A stretch of 63,999 nucleotides of DNA, filler included, from Octopus bimaculoides (GCF_001194135.2; 7 parts of 7 records of this genome joined end to end with filler, not necessarily neighbours in it), one strand, 5' to 3'; counted from the whole stretch's first letter, positions 1 through 13,603 are shown. Made by a program: numbers and translations. The notes: generated by a model from the letters alone, not told the origin.

Positions 1-30
1 TATATATATATCCGTCTATCTATCTATCTA

Positions 31-109
<79 letters not shown>

Positions 110-115
<6 letters not shown>

Positions 116-335
116 GTGTGTGTGTGAGTGGGGGTGCCTGTTTTGTGGGTCTCCCACAAATGCTGTACAACCGGGGTTGGTGTTTTTGACTCCCTGTAAC
201 TCTCGGTTCGGCAAAAAGACCAATGGAATAAGTACCAGACAGAAACAATAAGTTACGGTGTCGGGACGTTCGGCTAAAATTCTCCAAGGTGATGCGTCGG
301 CATGACCTCAGTATAATGACTGAAAGACTGCCATG
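110..335 (+). mobile_element. SINE family A, 3' half
   Basis: Matches the 3' half of the full copy at 21580-21997 (caaccgg..tggtgtttt..ccctgtaact..cggttcggcaaaaagacc..gaataagtaccag..cagcatg..gactgaa). Confidence 0.75.
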
Positions 336-2323
336 ATGGAGCACCACATTCAATAGAGTCTAGGCGCATCACTACGTAGGATGCCAGAAATGGCTAGGTA
401 ACACAACCGATAAATTATCAAGTGCTTTTAAGATATTGTAGATATGTAAGTACCAAATCCAATTTTGACCGTAGGTATATACGCTGCATAGAAATATATT
501 TGTATATTTTGGTATAATTGTTATGCGTGTATACTATGTGTTGCTACAAAAGTACCGTCCAACAAACACACTCACAGTGCGCTGTATTTAAAAAAAAGGC
601 GTTTGTTAAAATGACAATGAAGTGAAGCTCTTTCTGCACAATTATATCTGTGTCATTTTGTGGTTCTGGTACTCTTTGGAACTGATTCCACTAAATTAGT
701 AATCGCATTTACGATCAAGATTTGAAAATGTTTCTCGTATAAATAAACACTTCAAGGCGGCGCTAAAGCAAATAAAGGACAAAAGAATACCGTCAAATGC
801 TTTATCTTCCTCAAATAAATGTTAACCTAGCGAACGTTTCCGCTGCACCTTCCGCATCTGTTTTGTTGTTTCTATTTCTGTTATCGTTGTTGTTTTTGTT
901 GTTTTTACTCTTGCGCTTCTTCTTCTTCTTCTTCTCACTTTTCTTTTTTGATTTTGCGTTTCCCTCTTCTTTAGATTCGAGTCGGTCCTGAGCAAATAAA
1001 TAAATAAATATTTATTCAGATACTGTAATTAGAACTTCTTTAAACAGCGTTGCTTGCCTTTGATTTGCTACTGGTGAGCCGAGGTTGAACAAACCTATCC
1101 TGAGACCATCTCAGGATGTGCAATCGTTACCACTTTGTTTAATGTAGTATGATGTATCACCGATCTGGTGTTGGTTTGTTTACCACATTTAGTAACTAGA
1201 GTAAACACGTTGAAACTGAGATCCTAGTCTTCTTACACACACTGAGCGTCATCAGAGGGATTTTTGTCTGCTATTTCTCACACATCATGCGTACGTATAT
1301 CGGTTCCCTCGGTATTTGTTCTATAGTTTATCGATGTTTTTAAAGTTCATTTCAGCCTCTAATATCTCTTAATTTAGCAAGGTTGTAATGTGGATATTTC
1401 CAAACGTGATCATCCATCAGATTTTATAGGCATAATGTAACGATGATATAGAGGGAACCTACCGAACCATTTTTTCCAACCGGCAGCATGCTTTTTGAGG
1501 GACAAGTCCATAATTAATTCTATGCATACACGCATACTTATATAATTGCATTCATACATACATACATACATACTTACATACATACATGCAGAGAGACACA
1601 CAGACACACAGGCACAAACACACACACACGTACATATATATATTACTATATATTACTATAAATATCTATTGATCCTTCTGCTTCTATTTACAGACTTTTG
1701 ACCAAAGAGAGAATCCACAGATAGTGAATGAACGATTCCAATAAACCAAGGTCCGTTAGGCTTTGGATCCCAAGTCTTGTTGATATAAAGAGCGCAAATT
1801 TTAATGCCTATGAAATCGAAGCAAAAGTTTGCTTAGTGTCATGTCACTTCGTTTTTCTAAATCTTTCCGTACCAGAATGCACACACAATATTGATATGCT
1901 AGGGTACACATGCAAAATAATAATTGACAAAGAGTTTTGTGACGTTGGCTCACTCCAAAATTGTATCCATGTTCTCTTTGTAAAATATCTTCGTATCTGC
2001 TATGCTTTTAAAAAAGAAAGAAAACGCCACAACGTCTTATTATACTTGATATCGTAAAGGACCGAGTTTCTCTTTCCTAGGGAAAGGTAGAGGCGGAAAT
2101 AAATCAATTTGTATTTTCATTATTTAAATCTATATTGAATAATATTTTAATGTAAAGAGAATTAATATATTAGCAATAACAACAAAAACAACACTATCAG
2201 TAATTATCAATGAAAACGTAAAAAATAAGAAAATTGCAGTAAAGAAATGCACAAAGGAATAAAAGAAAAGAAAGCGAAAATTACCAATATGCATGTGTGT
2301 GTATATGTTTGTATATACATATA

Positions 2324-2358
<35 letters not shown>

Positions 2359-3184
2359 NNNNNNNNNNNNNNNNNNNNNNNNNNNNNNNNNNNNNNNNNN
2401 NNNNNNNNNNNNNNNNNNNNNNNNNNNNNNNNNNNNNNNNNNNNNNNNNNNNNNNNNNNNNNNNNNNNNNNNNNNNNNNNNNNNNNNNNNNNNNNNNNNN
2501 NNNNNNNNNNNNNNNNNNNNNNNNNNNNNNNNNNNNNNNNNNNNNNNNNNNNNNNNNNNNNNNNNNNNNNGTGGTAGTGACTGAGTGTGTGACTGTAAGC
2601 ATCCTTGTGAAAGTTCTTTTATTCATACAAGAATAAAAACAAAATTAGTAAAGCAAATAATAACAAAAAAAGGGAAAAAGCATTTATATCATGATAGGAA
2701 AATAAGGGAGATAAATCGCTGTTTCTTTATCTTTTCTTCCGCCCACTGCATGCTGGGACACCATCCATCTTAAATGTCAAAATGAAATCAGAAAATACAA
2801 AACAAAAAACAGAAAACTAAAAAAAAATTAAACAAATATCTTGAAAACGTAAAGTGAAAAAATGAAATATATTTATAATAAAAGAAATTTAAAAAAAATA
2901 AACCCACAAGCTAATAGCAACAACAATATAAAAATATCTACGGCAACAACGGCATCATTGAAAAGTGCCAAAGTGTATGTATATGTGTGTGGAAGTCACA
3001 TGTATTCAGAAGAAGAATCTTTTCGGTCAGCCAGGGTTCACAATTTTCTAACATGCAATCCGTTTTCTTCCTAAACTTAAGTTTTATCTGAAAGATTTAT
3101 ACGAAATGTAACCAATTATTATTATTATTATTATTTTTGTTATTATTACTATTATTATTATTATTATTATTGTTGTTATTATTG

Positions 3185-3230
<46 letters not shown>

Positions 3231-3458
3231 GATCATTATTGCTCTCCTCTTCCTTCTTCTTCATTTTCTTCTCCTCTCCGCCTCCTCCTTCTTCATCTTT
3301 TTCTTCTCCCCTTCGTCACCCTCCTCTCCCTCCTCCACCTTCTGTTCCTCCTCTTCCACCACCAACACCACCACTACCACCAACACCACTACACCACCAC
3401 TACCACCACCACTACCAGCACCTCCTCCGCCTCTGCCTCCACTTCCACTTCTGCCTCC

Positions 3459-3975
3459 CTTCTCCTCCCTTCTCCTCCCTTCTCCTCCCTTCTCCTCCCT
3501 TCTCCTCCCTTCTCCTCCCNNNNNNNNNNNNNNNNNNNNNNNNNNNNNNNNNNNNNNNNNNNNNNNNNNNNNNNNNNNNNNNNNNNNNNNNNNNNNNNNN
3601 NNNNNNNNNNNNNNNNNNNNNNNNNNNNNNNNNNNNNNNNNNNNNNNNNNNNNNNNNNNNNNNNNNNNNNNNNNNNNNNNNNNNNNNNNNNNNNNNNNNN
3701 NNNNNNNNNNNNNNNNNNNNNNNNNNNNNNNNNNNNNNNNNNNNNNNNNNNNNNNNNNNNNNNNNNNNNNNNNNNNNNNNNNNNNNNNNNNNNNNNNNNN
3801 NNNNNNNNNNNNNNNNNNNNNNNNNNNNNNNNNNNNNNNNNNNNNNNNNNNNNNNNNNNNNNNNNNNNNNNNNNNNNNNNNNNNNNNNNNNNNNNNNNNN
3901 NNNNNNNNNNNNNNNNNNNNNNNNNNNNNNNNNNNNNNNCTCCCTTCTCCTCCCTTCTCCTCCCATCCCTCCCCT
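3459..3975 (+). repeat. (TTCTCCTCCC)n decamer tandem repeat spanning an N gap
   Basis: The same 10-mer is repeated on both sides of the gap at 3520-3939. It is preceded by (TAT)n and pyrimidine/CCA low-complexity sequence. Confidence 0.9.
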
Positions 3976-4499
3976 CCCTCCCTGTATGTATATATGTATA
4001 TATATATATATACATATATATATGTACAGAGAGAGAGAGAGAGATACCTAATGAGAATTCTACTGATTTAGGTCCTTAAATTGAGGCACCTTGCTAGGTC
4101 AGTATAATCTGCCCAGCCACTCAATATTAATTGAATTTTGAATATCAAAACTACGTGCATGGATTTTTCTACCTGATATTCCTGCCGTGTTTGCAGACAA
4201 CGCAATCCACTCTTAGTGATTCAGCCATGTTCTGTTTCTAAAGATACCTTCACCTTCTATAGAACTTCCGAGGTGAAGATTCCAACTATGTGAATAAAAC
4301 ATGAATGTGTAACAAAGGTGTACAGCTGTCAATTCATTACGGCCGTTTCAAGCGAATACTTTAATTGATTAATGAAAGCATTATATCATTTGAAAGAAAC
4401 CGTTCCCGTCAGATGACTGCATAGACTTCAAACATAAAGATACAACCATTTCCCTAACACACACACACATACACACATACACACACACACACACACACG

Positions 4500-4542
<43 letters not shown>

Positions 4543-5730
4543 CATCACACACACTCACACGCACAAACACACACACACACATATATATATAGCTAAACAT
4601 ATACCTCTATTGACATATGTGTATATATATATATATCATATGTATGTATNNNNNNNNNNNNNNNNNNNNNNNNNNNNNNNNNNNNNNNNNNNNTTAATTA
4701 ATTAANNNNNNNNNNNNNNNNNNNNNNNNNNNNNNNNNNNNNNNNNNNNTATATATATATATATATATCGAAGTGAGGCAAAGATTGTCTATGTAATGAC
4801 TCACAGAATCGTTAGATGCGTCTTATCCTTCTTGGGGGTTTGTCAACACCGTATATCCAGTTGTCACACGCACGAACGAAATTCGCCTAATGTACCTATG
4901 AGCCACTACTGCAACGATATTTGTTTCCCCTTGATATTATAGTGTATATTTAGCACATGCGTAACAGCATACTTTTCCACAACGTATATATAGTTAGTAT
5001 GATACACAGTAGACGATTTCAATTTAATGGTGTTTTAATTGCGTTTACCAAATGTGTGTGTTCGCGCGCGCGTATGTGTGTGTGAAATTCCACATTAATG
5101 TTTATTATTTCTCTTTTATGATATACTTCGTCGTGCACTTTATTCACGTGTGTATGTATGTGTGTGTGTGTGTGTGTGTGTGTTGCTTTTTTTATTGAAA
5201 CTGAAACTAGGAGTTTGTTTCTTTACTCTAGTTTCACACCATTGCGATGTTACAATATGGTATCGGTGGTATATTCATATCCTTTGGTGTTCTATGTATG
5301 GGCTAATGTTTGTGTTAAATTATTGGTTAATTTTTTTCATGTATATGGATGTACGTGCATGTATGTTTAATGTTTTTTTTATTGTGGGTATGGTGTTTAT
5401 TATTGTGGGTGTTTGTGTGGGTTTTGGGTTTTGTTTTATCCCGTTTGCATTTCACAACCTTTTTTAAAAAATGAATTTATTTCGGGTCCAGATGGGGATA
5501 TGATCTCATTTCTCTTAGTTAGAATGTGTATCACATTTTGTGTGATCCTGTGGTAATTTTCTGTGCTGCTGAAGGGCAAGTTTAAAGAAAATCCAAGTAT
5601 TAGGTAGTCCAAAGTATTGGTCAGAAAAATAATTTGTGGTATTTCTATTTAGTTGGGAAATGCTTACTGTAGACAATAGCATACCACTACTTGACAAGAA
5701 ACAAAATTCTAAAGAAATGCAAACTGCCAA

Positions 5731-5780
<50 letters not shown>

Positions 5781-7824
5781 ACACACAAATATTTTTTTCC
5801 AAAGCAAGCGAAACAAAATTTTATAAAAAAAAAAATAAATATATAGTTAATCACAGAACAATTCACAAAATCAGTCATCCGTGAAAAGCGCCAGTCTTTA
5901 AGGCTATAGCTAATATATATATTCTTAGTTACCTTTTCAAGTTGCCCATTCATAAACAACCTTTCTCAAAAACAATATTTATCTAAAACCTCAAGGAAAA
6001 AGAAAAGCAGCAAAAACGAAAATAGTTCCCATCACCTAATCCCTAACAAATTAATAACACACCTTTACCTGCAATTACGAGAAATACAAACACCACATCA
6101 CAAAAATAGTATAAACTACAAATGAAGAGACCAGAAACCGCACCCAATAAATAACGATTTAATACAAGCACCAGACCACACACACACACGCACACACCGA
6201 AAAGGATATCAATACACCACCGATAATGTATTATCATCGACCTCGCCAGAAGAAACGAGAGACAATCAATTTCAGCTTCAATAAATGAAACTTATCGACT
6301 TCAGCGTGTATTGAGCACTCCTCTGTCACTCGACCGACCCAAACTAACGTGTGTATATGTATACATCTGTGTGTGCAAGTGCTCGTGTATGTATGTGTGT
6401 GGGCGTGAATTCTCTGCTCTAAAATGTCCAGTGAACATCGTAGAACACAGTTTAGTGAGAATTCTTTACAAAAGTGAAGAATAAAATTACGGCTATTTAG
6501 TCAAGATTTGTTTTGGCTTCCGATAATTTAAAAGACCTCAGGTTGGAGTTGACGATACCGTTGTTGGTAACAATTGAAATTAACTTTACCAAAATTCAGA
6601 TTTTGAGAAAACACAAGATTTAAAAAGTTAAAGGAAAAACAAACACGATTTTAACAAGAGATATTGAGAATCATACTACTACTACTACTGTCATGGTCAC
6701 AAGGGCTGGGAAAATAAATCGTTTAAGGATTTAATGAATATTCATAAGTGTATGAGAAGTAATAGGACAAAAACAATAAACAGTATTGAAAAATGATAAC
6801 GCATATGGTGAACGCGTGAGAGAGTGAGAAAAACAATGAATAAAAGCAATACGATATATGAAAATATAAATGTATGGATAAAGCAACCACAAAAAGCCCA
6901 AAAATAAGTGGAGGTAATAAAGACGCATACATCCATAGATTTCTTGTTTTTTTTTAAATATTGATTTCTTACGTGATTCATACATACGTGCGTGCACGTG
7001 TGTGTGAGAGAGAGAGTGTGTGTGTGTGTGTATGTGTGTGNNNNNNNNNNNNNNNNNNNNNNNNNNNNNNNNNNNNNNNNNNNNNNNNNNGCGCGCGAGT
7101 TTGTGTGTGTTTGTGCGTATGTTTGTGAGCGTGTGTTTGTGTGTGTGTGTGTTTGTGTGTTTGTGTGCGTATGTTCGTGCGTGTGTGTTTGTGTGTATGT
7201 TTGTGTGTTTGTGTGTGCGTGTGTTTGTGTGTATTTGTGTGCGTATGTTCGCGTATGTGTTTATGTGTGTTTGTGTGTGCGTGCGTGCGTGCGTACCTGT
7301 ATGTGTGTGTGTGCGTGTATGTGTGTGTAATCGTGTGCGTGTATGTACAAATACTACATTTAGGTAGTTAGAATAACAACGTGAAAAAAAAGAAACAAAA
7401 CAAACGAACCAATAAACAAAGAGGTGTGAGAAACGCGATATTTATAATGATGCCGGAAAGAAAATATTCTATAGAAACGGTGGAAGGCTATCAAGAGAAT
7501 GGTAACTGTAACCGTATGACAATCAAAAGATGGAAGAAAAAAGGCGATGATGAAAACATATTTTGATGTAAAGAATTGTTTGCCTTTGTTTTATTGTACC
7601 CTGAAGTATCGTATATTTTGGTGATGATGGTGTGGTACCGTTGAAGTCTAAGAATTTGATGTACGTACATCTATGCATGTAAACGTATCATCCTACGTTC
7701 GAGAATTCATTTATTTTCTGTAAAATACCGACCCACTCGGTACTTATGAGTTTGTTTACAAAATGGTCTCACATTCCGAAAAGCTACTGTTTACCAGTCT
7801 AAAAAGACGGTAATTGTTGTCGGG

Positions 7825-7898
7825 GATCTCTTAGCTTAATGGTATAGAGAGCTCAGCTGGAATTTGAGAGGTACAGTGCTCGATTCTCTGTAGAGGCT
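7825..7898 (+). pseudogene. tRNA-like sequence (tRNA pseudogene or orphan SINE head), nominal anticodon GGA
   Basis: A-box-like TAGCTTAATGG and degenerate B box GCTCGATTC. Anticodon stem CTCAG/TTGAG with loop CTGGAAT, T-stem ACAG/CTGT, acceptor TCTCT/AGAGG. The D arm is irregular and the T loop has C where T is expected. Confidence 0.55.
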
Positions 7899-8157
7899 TG
7901 CTGGCCATTTTTCTCCGGTCTTATAAAAGGTATTTACCCGATTTTCTAAGCTGTCTTTACAGCCATCTTGCGTTCGAGAATTCTTTTATTTTTCTGTCAA
8001 ATACTGACTCATTCAGCGCTTATAAGTTTGTTTACAATATATATATACGTACATATATTGGATCTTCGTTAAACTGGATATTGGATAAATTAGGCAAAAT
8101 CTAAGTTGAGGGAACGGTCATCGACCTTGTTTTCTGCCGCCATCCTTTAATACCAAA

Positions 8158-8325
8158 GCTGTAAGGGAAAATGTTGTGGGCGTGTTGAGTGAGCGCTGCA
8201 TACCCATCGAATTTAGTTACATTATAGATATGTTCACTCGATCACATAATGAGAAACTAGTTTTTCTGTCTACTACTTTGAAATATTGTGACGGTTGTGC
8301 TGAAATATTATGCTACACATCACAG
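8158..8325 (+). repeat. ~170-bp direct repeat, copy 1 (copy 2 at 10003-10168)
   Basis: gctgtaaggg..gtgggcgtg..catacccatcgaatt..ttgtgacggttgtgctgaaatattatgctacacatcacag occurs at both places, with the 3' part essentially identical. Confidence 0.85.
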
Positions 8326-9840
8326 GCTGTGCGTATCCTGATATGTATTGGGCAGATAGTGGAATAATATGCGAGTTACAGAATTGACATTCCACCAATA
8401 TACAACCTCTTTATTATTCGCTTTTACATGCCTACTTAAAAATATTACTTCTTTTTTTACACTCCGTACTCGCCCCTAATTCACCTCTTAATATTTAATC
8501 CTACCTTCACTGCTTCAGTTTATCCTAAATTTAACTTGTTAATCATCTTTCATAATCGCTTTAACACTTCCCTCTAATAAGCACTATGTTTTCATGATGA
8601 TAAGTTGTATATACACATTCATTGAAAATTTATTCACTGAAATTTAATTTCTTAATAAATAATTTTGTTCATGCTGTATCAATAAATAATCTGAATGTAA
8701 TAACTTACTGAAAGAAAGAGATAAAGCCAACTCAAAATAGTTTAAAGTTTGTATATTTTATATTTGACTGAAACTTATGCTAGAGAGTAGGTTCAGTATC
8801 ATAGTGCACAATGTGAATAAATCACAGGCTCTTAAACACCAACATAACACAGCACAACTTGTGTTGCCCTGCAAATTTCGTTGATATTTCAGAAATTAGG
8901 AACCCACCCAACCTTGTATTCTAGACCATGGCTTCACGAAAGATTATGATAATGATAATCTAAAGAATGTAATACTATTTGTAAACAAGAAAGTATAACT
9001 AACTCTAATGGTGTAACAGTGATGAGTGTTTGTGAAGAGTAGTGTGTTAAAAAGTGAAACGGTTTTAGACATACGTAACGCTAAAGACGAACTCACTACA
9101 TTTTTTTTTTTTAAATACAAATCTGATTCAGTTTCTAAATCATCGTTTATTAATGAAAATAAACGTATGTCAGTAGCATACGTGGCAATGATTAAGTCGT
9201 TTACATACCAACAATCCTTTGGTAGTAGCATTTTCCCTGGTGCAAGAATTCAAAGTACTGTTGCCTAGCTAGATATATGCGTATTAAGAATTTTGAAATT
9301 AGTGACAAGTGTTTATAGCGATTTAGAAATTGCAATGAAATGGGTAACAGAACAACCTATTGATAAATTACAAATAGGTTACAAAACCAATTACAAATAG
9401 GTTGAATAACTGAGAAGGGCTTCTTATTTCCCAAGTATAATGAAGTTAAAAACGGGATGTAATGGCGGTCACAATCGCAAAATATTAAATCTTTTAAGAA
9501 TGCCAGGTCGCAGATTATCAAGGAACGTTTTCCAGCGTTGTTTTGCGTGGATGCAGATGTTATGCATTTTTTAAAGTTAGTAAGTAATGGTAGAAAAGTT
9601 AGTTGTAAGTTTTGAAAAATTTAATGCATCAACTACACGTACGTTATTACCATTCCAAGCAATTTAATTTCAGCATACGCTTTTTAATGATGGCCCTTTT
9701 TTTTTCTCACATTTCAGGCCTGCAGCGTGTAAATACCAGGAAGAAGTAGCCAGATTGTCTGTCGATGAGGGAGAAAATGTTTCTAATATTGAAATCAAAT
9801 TAAAATTCACACACACACACATACATATTGATTTCAAATT

Positions 9841-10000
9841 TTGGCATAAGGTCAGCAAGGACAGAGGAGGGCGGGCCTATGTCGACTACATCGATCCCAA
9901 TGCTCAAGTGGTACTTATTTTATCGACCCCAAAAGGGTGAAAGGCAAAGTCGACTTCGGCAGAATTTTAATTCAGAACGTAGAGACGGTCGAAATATCAA
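9841..10000 (-). mobile_element. SINE family B fragment
   Basis: gtggtacttattttatcgacccc..gaaaggcaaagtcgacttcggcagaattt..cagaacgta, as in the copy at 32460-32686. Confidence 0.75.
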
Positions 10001-10664
10001 TGCTGTAAGGGAGAATATTGTGGGCGTGCTAAGTGAGCACTTCATACCCATCGAATTAATTACATTATAAATATGTTCACTCAATCACATAATGAGAAAC
10101 TAATTTTTCTGTCTACTACTTTGAAATATTGTGACGGTTGTGCTGAAATATTATGCTACACATCACAGCATGTTAAGCATGTTGCCCGGCGCAGTACGAT
10201 TCTTCCAACTCGCTATTTTATATATAAGAGGCGACATTCCACATACTTACCTCCAAGTTCACGCCGCAATATATCGTTAGCCAGTTGCAAAGACCACACT
10301 CAGAGGCATTGGAAACAATGGAGAAAGTAGATTTACAAACACAATATCTGAGGAAAAAGACGGTATGGTATAACCGGAATACTTTTGATCATGTATTTGC
10401 TTCATAAAAGTTGATCTGGACTTAAAATGCAAAAACAATACGATCGAACTAATAAAAAAAAATCCTCAGTGGGGAAGCGACCTATTTGAAATAACCAAAT
10501 CTTCCTCATGTTACACTTAACAATCTTTATAAAATGTATAGTACACAGTAAATAATGTAGAGATATACTATGCATAAAAGTAAAGCAAGAGCCTGAGGGC
10601 TTGTGTGACATATAACAATTCGACCTGTCACTTCACTTCTTAATTGGTCTTGAAAAGCAAGCAT

Positions 10665-10792
10665 GCAATCCCAGTCCCAAAATGATGAAAGGCAAAGTTG
10701 ACCTCGACGAAATTTGAACTCAGAATGTAAAGAGCGAGAACATATACTGCAAAACAAATTTTCCGATGCTCTAACAATTCTGCCAGCTCACC
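10665..10792 (-). mobile_element. SINE family B, 5' part
   Basis: gatgaaaggcaaagttgacctcgacgaaatttgaactcagaatgtaaag..ttctgccagctcacc. Confidence 0.75.
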
Positions 10793-10819
10793 ACCTAAAT
10801 AGTATTTATTATCACAGTT

Positions 10820-11178
10820 CGCTTCAGTTTTTATGTTCATTTAGGATATCTATGTCATGTCTCAGCTCCTTTCCGCAGCTAAGAGATGCAACATTTCCCA
10901 CAACACATACGCTGTTCGGAGTATGGCCGCCACCTGTGTACATCCAATATCTGGTAGTGCCAATTCTCATGCAAGGTTTTTGTGTTCTTTGAGATGGTTC
11001 TGAGCGCACCAGTCGCAATGGGTATCGCACACGCTCTTGAGACTCTATGAATACACTCCAATTCAAATATCAAGCGTTGATACTTTTCGGTTTTCTTATT
11101 GTCTGACTTCACAATGTTCTGGTCTGCGTATTTTACAGTAGCTCTAACAAAAATACGAAACTTCAACAAGGTAGACAT
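10820..11178 (-). mobile_element. R4/Dong-like non-LTR retrotransposon, decayed 3' end (RLE domain)
   Basis: ADQNIVKSDNKKTEKYQRLIFEL..IPIATGALRTISKN, then QVAAILRTAYVLWEML in another frame. This parallels the cleaner copy at 41428-41865. Confidence 0.7.
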
Positions 11179-12361
11179 ATAATAAACGGAAAAGAAAATA
11201 AACTTGATCTAAAAGTGACTTTGGATTTCAACTAATGGATTAATTTAAGATGTACTCTCCAAACTAAAAATAGATAAGAAAAAACAGAACACTGTAATAA
11301 AAAAAAATACAATACAACCAGCAAACAAAAACAAACAGCAAAAATAAATATTTCGTGAATAAAAGCATTAACTTACAAACATTGAAAATGTAAACCATAA
11401 GCATAAAGTTAGAAAAGCTGAAAGAAAAGAAATATTAAAAGAAATGTGAAACAAATGAAAATTATGAAACAACAAAATCAAGCTCCAGTCATAGAACAAT
11501 GATGACCAATAAAAGCTGAACCAGAACAATACAAATGAAAATATAAATAAACGAGAAGATGAGGAATACTTTAAAATATTAAATTCTTTGGAAATTTTTG
11601 ATATGATAATAGTCTAGATGTGGAAATAGTTAAAGAATCAAAATCGATAGATCTTGCAGTGTATCAACGAAGGTCTCTCCTAAAGATAAAAAGCTACGAC
11701 CAAAATTACAGGTGATTAATAAAATTGCAATTTCCAAATTTCATTTCCTTGAAAAAATACCAAAGAAATATAACAGCAGATTTCGTGCTTCTGTAAGAAA
11801 CCAATATCTATAAATGTATAAAATGTTTGTGCATCTATGAGAATCTACAATTGTTTATTATATATTGATCGATATCGATTTTGTTTACTTCTTTTCTTGT
11901 ATTCGACTGGTTCTCTAGCTCTAGATGACACCAAGTTTCGGTTATTGGTTTATAAGAAAGACTGTATCTCCGTTAGATTGATAACTTAGACGAAAAAAAA
12001 ATATGCAGTTGCTCTCTTTCTTTCTGTATCTGTCTTTCTCCTTTGATGTCACATGGAATATATTCTTATCCTAAACTGTATTACATAGTGTTTTGATTGA
12101 TTAACTAAATGTCCATAATTTCTTCCAAGTATTTTTTTTTTGTCTTTTTTTCCTCCCATACTCCCTAGATTGTCTCTGCTGTAGTCTCCAACACTTTGTA
12201 TTCCTAAAGATTTCATTATTCATTGCAGTATAAAAAAACAGATTTACGATAATTTTTCTTACGTAACGGTAGTCGACAGCAAGTACAAACATTAAAGAGT
12301 GGTAGTAAAATCCTGGTAGTTAACTGAGGAGTGGGTTCAATTTCTAGGCGCGATATTTCAT

Positions 12362-12668
12362 CTAACTGGCACTTCGTCGGTTTCGACGATGAGGATTCCA
12401 GTTGATCCAATCAACGGAACAGCTTGCTCGTGAAATTAACGTGCAATGGATGAGCACTCCACAGACACGTAATTCTCGAGGAAACTCAGCATGACAGAAT
12501 GTGACAATACTGGAACTTTGAATTACGGGTGCAATCATTTTTGCCAACTGAGTGGATTGGAGTAACGTGAAATAAAGTGTTTTGCTCAAGGACACAACGC
12601 GCAGCCTGGAATCGAACTAACGACCGTAAGATCGTGAGCAGAATGTCCTTATCCACTAAGCCACGCGC
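12362..12668 (-). mobile_element. SINE family C (tRNA-derived)
   Basis: Shares ttccagttgatccaatcaacggaacag..gctcgtgaaattaacgtgcaa..gagcactccacagacacg and the reverse-complemented tRNA-like head (ggaatcgaac..ccactaagccacgcg) with 60558-60937. Confidence 0.8.
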
Positions 12669-12684
12669 CGAAGAAGACATTATC

Positions 12685-13603
12685 GGATCTATTTTAAAAC
12701 GGGGGCCACAGTTTTCATTAATGTTTTACGTAGTGTTTTTGGTACCGAAAGACTTTCAAACTTCGTATACTTATCTATTTTGTGTTATAGAACAGAAAGA
12801 TATTTTTGTATTCGAATTTATTTCATGTAAAAAATTGTCTTATTTCGATAATTTCAACCAATCACTGACAAGTATTCAGTTGTTTACATTTACTCCTTTG
12901 GCTGATTAAGCGGTGTAAAGCGTATTTAATCTTCATAACACGTGTGTTCGTTTTCCTTCGTTAAATTTGCTTTTTTTCATTTTAAATTTGCTTTTTTCAT
13001 TTTCTTTTTTTTTTTGCTTCGTTTTATNNNNNNNNNNNNNNNNNNNNNNNNNNNNNNNNNNNNNNNNNNNNNNNNNNNNNNNNNNNNNNNNNNNNNNNNN
13101 NNNNNNNNNNNNNNNNNNNNNNNNNNNNNNNNNNNNNNNNNNNNNNNNNNNNNNNNNNNNNNNNNNNNNNNNNNNNNNNNNNNNNNNNNNNNNNNNNNNN
13201 NNNNNNNNNNNNNNNNNNNNNNNNNNNNNNNNNNNNNNNNNNNNNNTAGGGTTAGGGTTAGGGTTAGGGTTAGGGTTAGCCTATAATAGAAAGGTTTATT
13301 AGCTACTGCCAATATGCTTCAGCCATTTTTGACAAGGAAATAATAATTTTATCACCGATAGAATTGTTTCAAAATCGTATGTTTATGTAGTCGGCACTTA
13401 ATGTATATCGGCTGAATGGACGTCAGTGATTGGTTGAAATTACAGAAATACGACAACTTTAACATGGAATAACTTAGGGATTTCTTCTTTTTTTTAAGAA
13501 GACTAAGAGAAAAAGATGTTTTATATGACACATTCTACCAGTGTTCCAAGTTTCAAAGAGTTTCGTTAAGAAAATACTGTGGCCCCCGTTTTAAAAAAGA
13601 TCC
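12685..13603. mobile_element. Non-autonomous DNA transposon with 28-bp TIRs, 8-bp TSD and internal (TTAGGG)n; Merlin-like
   Basis: Left TIR GGATCTATTTTAAAACGGGGGCCACAGT; right TIR (reverse complement) GGATCTTTTTTAAAACGGGGGCCACAGT, one mismatch. The TSD ACATTATC is at 12677-12684 and 13604-13611. GG termini with an 8-bp TSD fit Merlin better than hAT or P. Confidence 0.85.
13247..13278 (+). repeat. Interstitial telomere-type repeat (TTAGGG)n, truncated by a gap
   Basis: tagggttagggttagggttagggttagggttag immediately follows the N run 13028-13246. Confidence 0.9.

Noticed and set aside
3137-4051. 304-aa ORF and the many other long ORFs containing X or homopolymer runs
   Set aside because: They are reading frames through microsatellites and N gaps.
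4694-4705. TTAATTAATTAA island inside N runs (also near 23354, 29658, 35342, 50896 and 57637)
   Set aside because: It is always at the same position within a 100-base gap and has stops in all six frames. It is an artificial scaffolding spacer, not biology.
10251-10347. 97-nt minus-strand exon-like segment with strong splice sites (YCVCKSTF..GVNLE)
   Set aside because: Its only open frame needs a phase-1 upstream exon, whereas the last INPP5A exon found ends in phase 0, and it has no similarity to INPP5A. It is probably repeat-derived.
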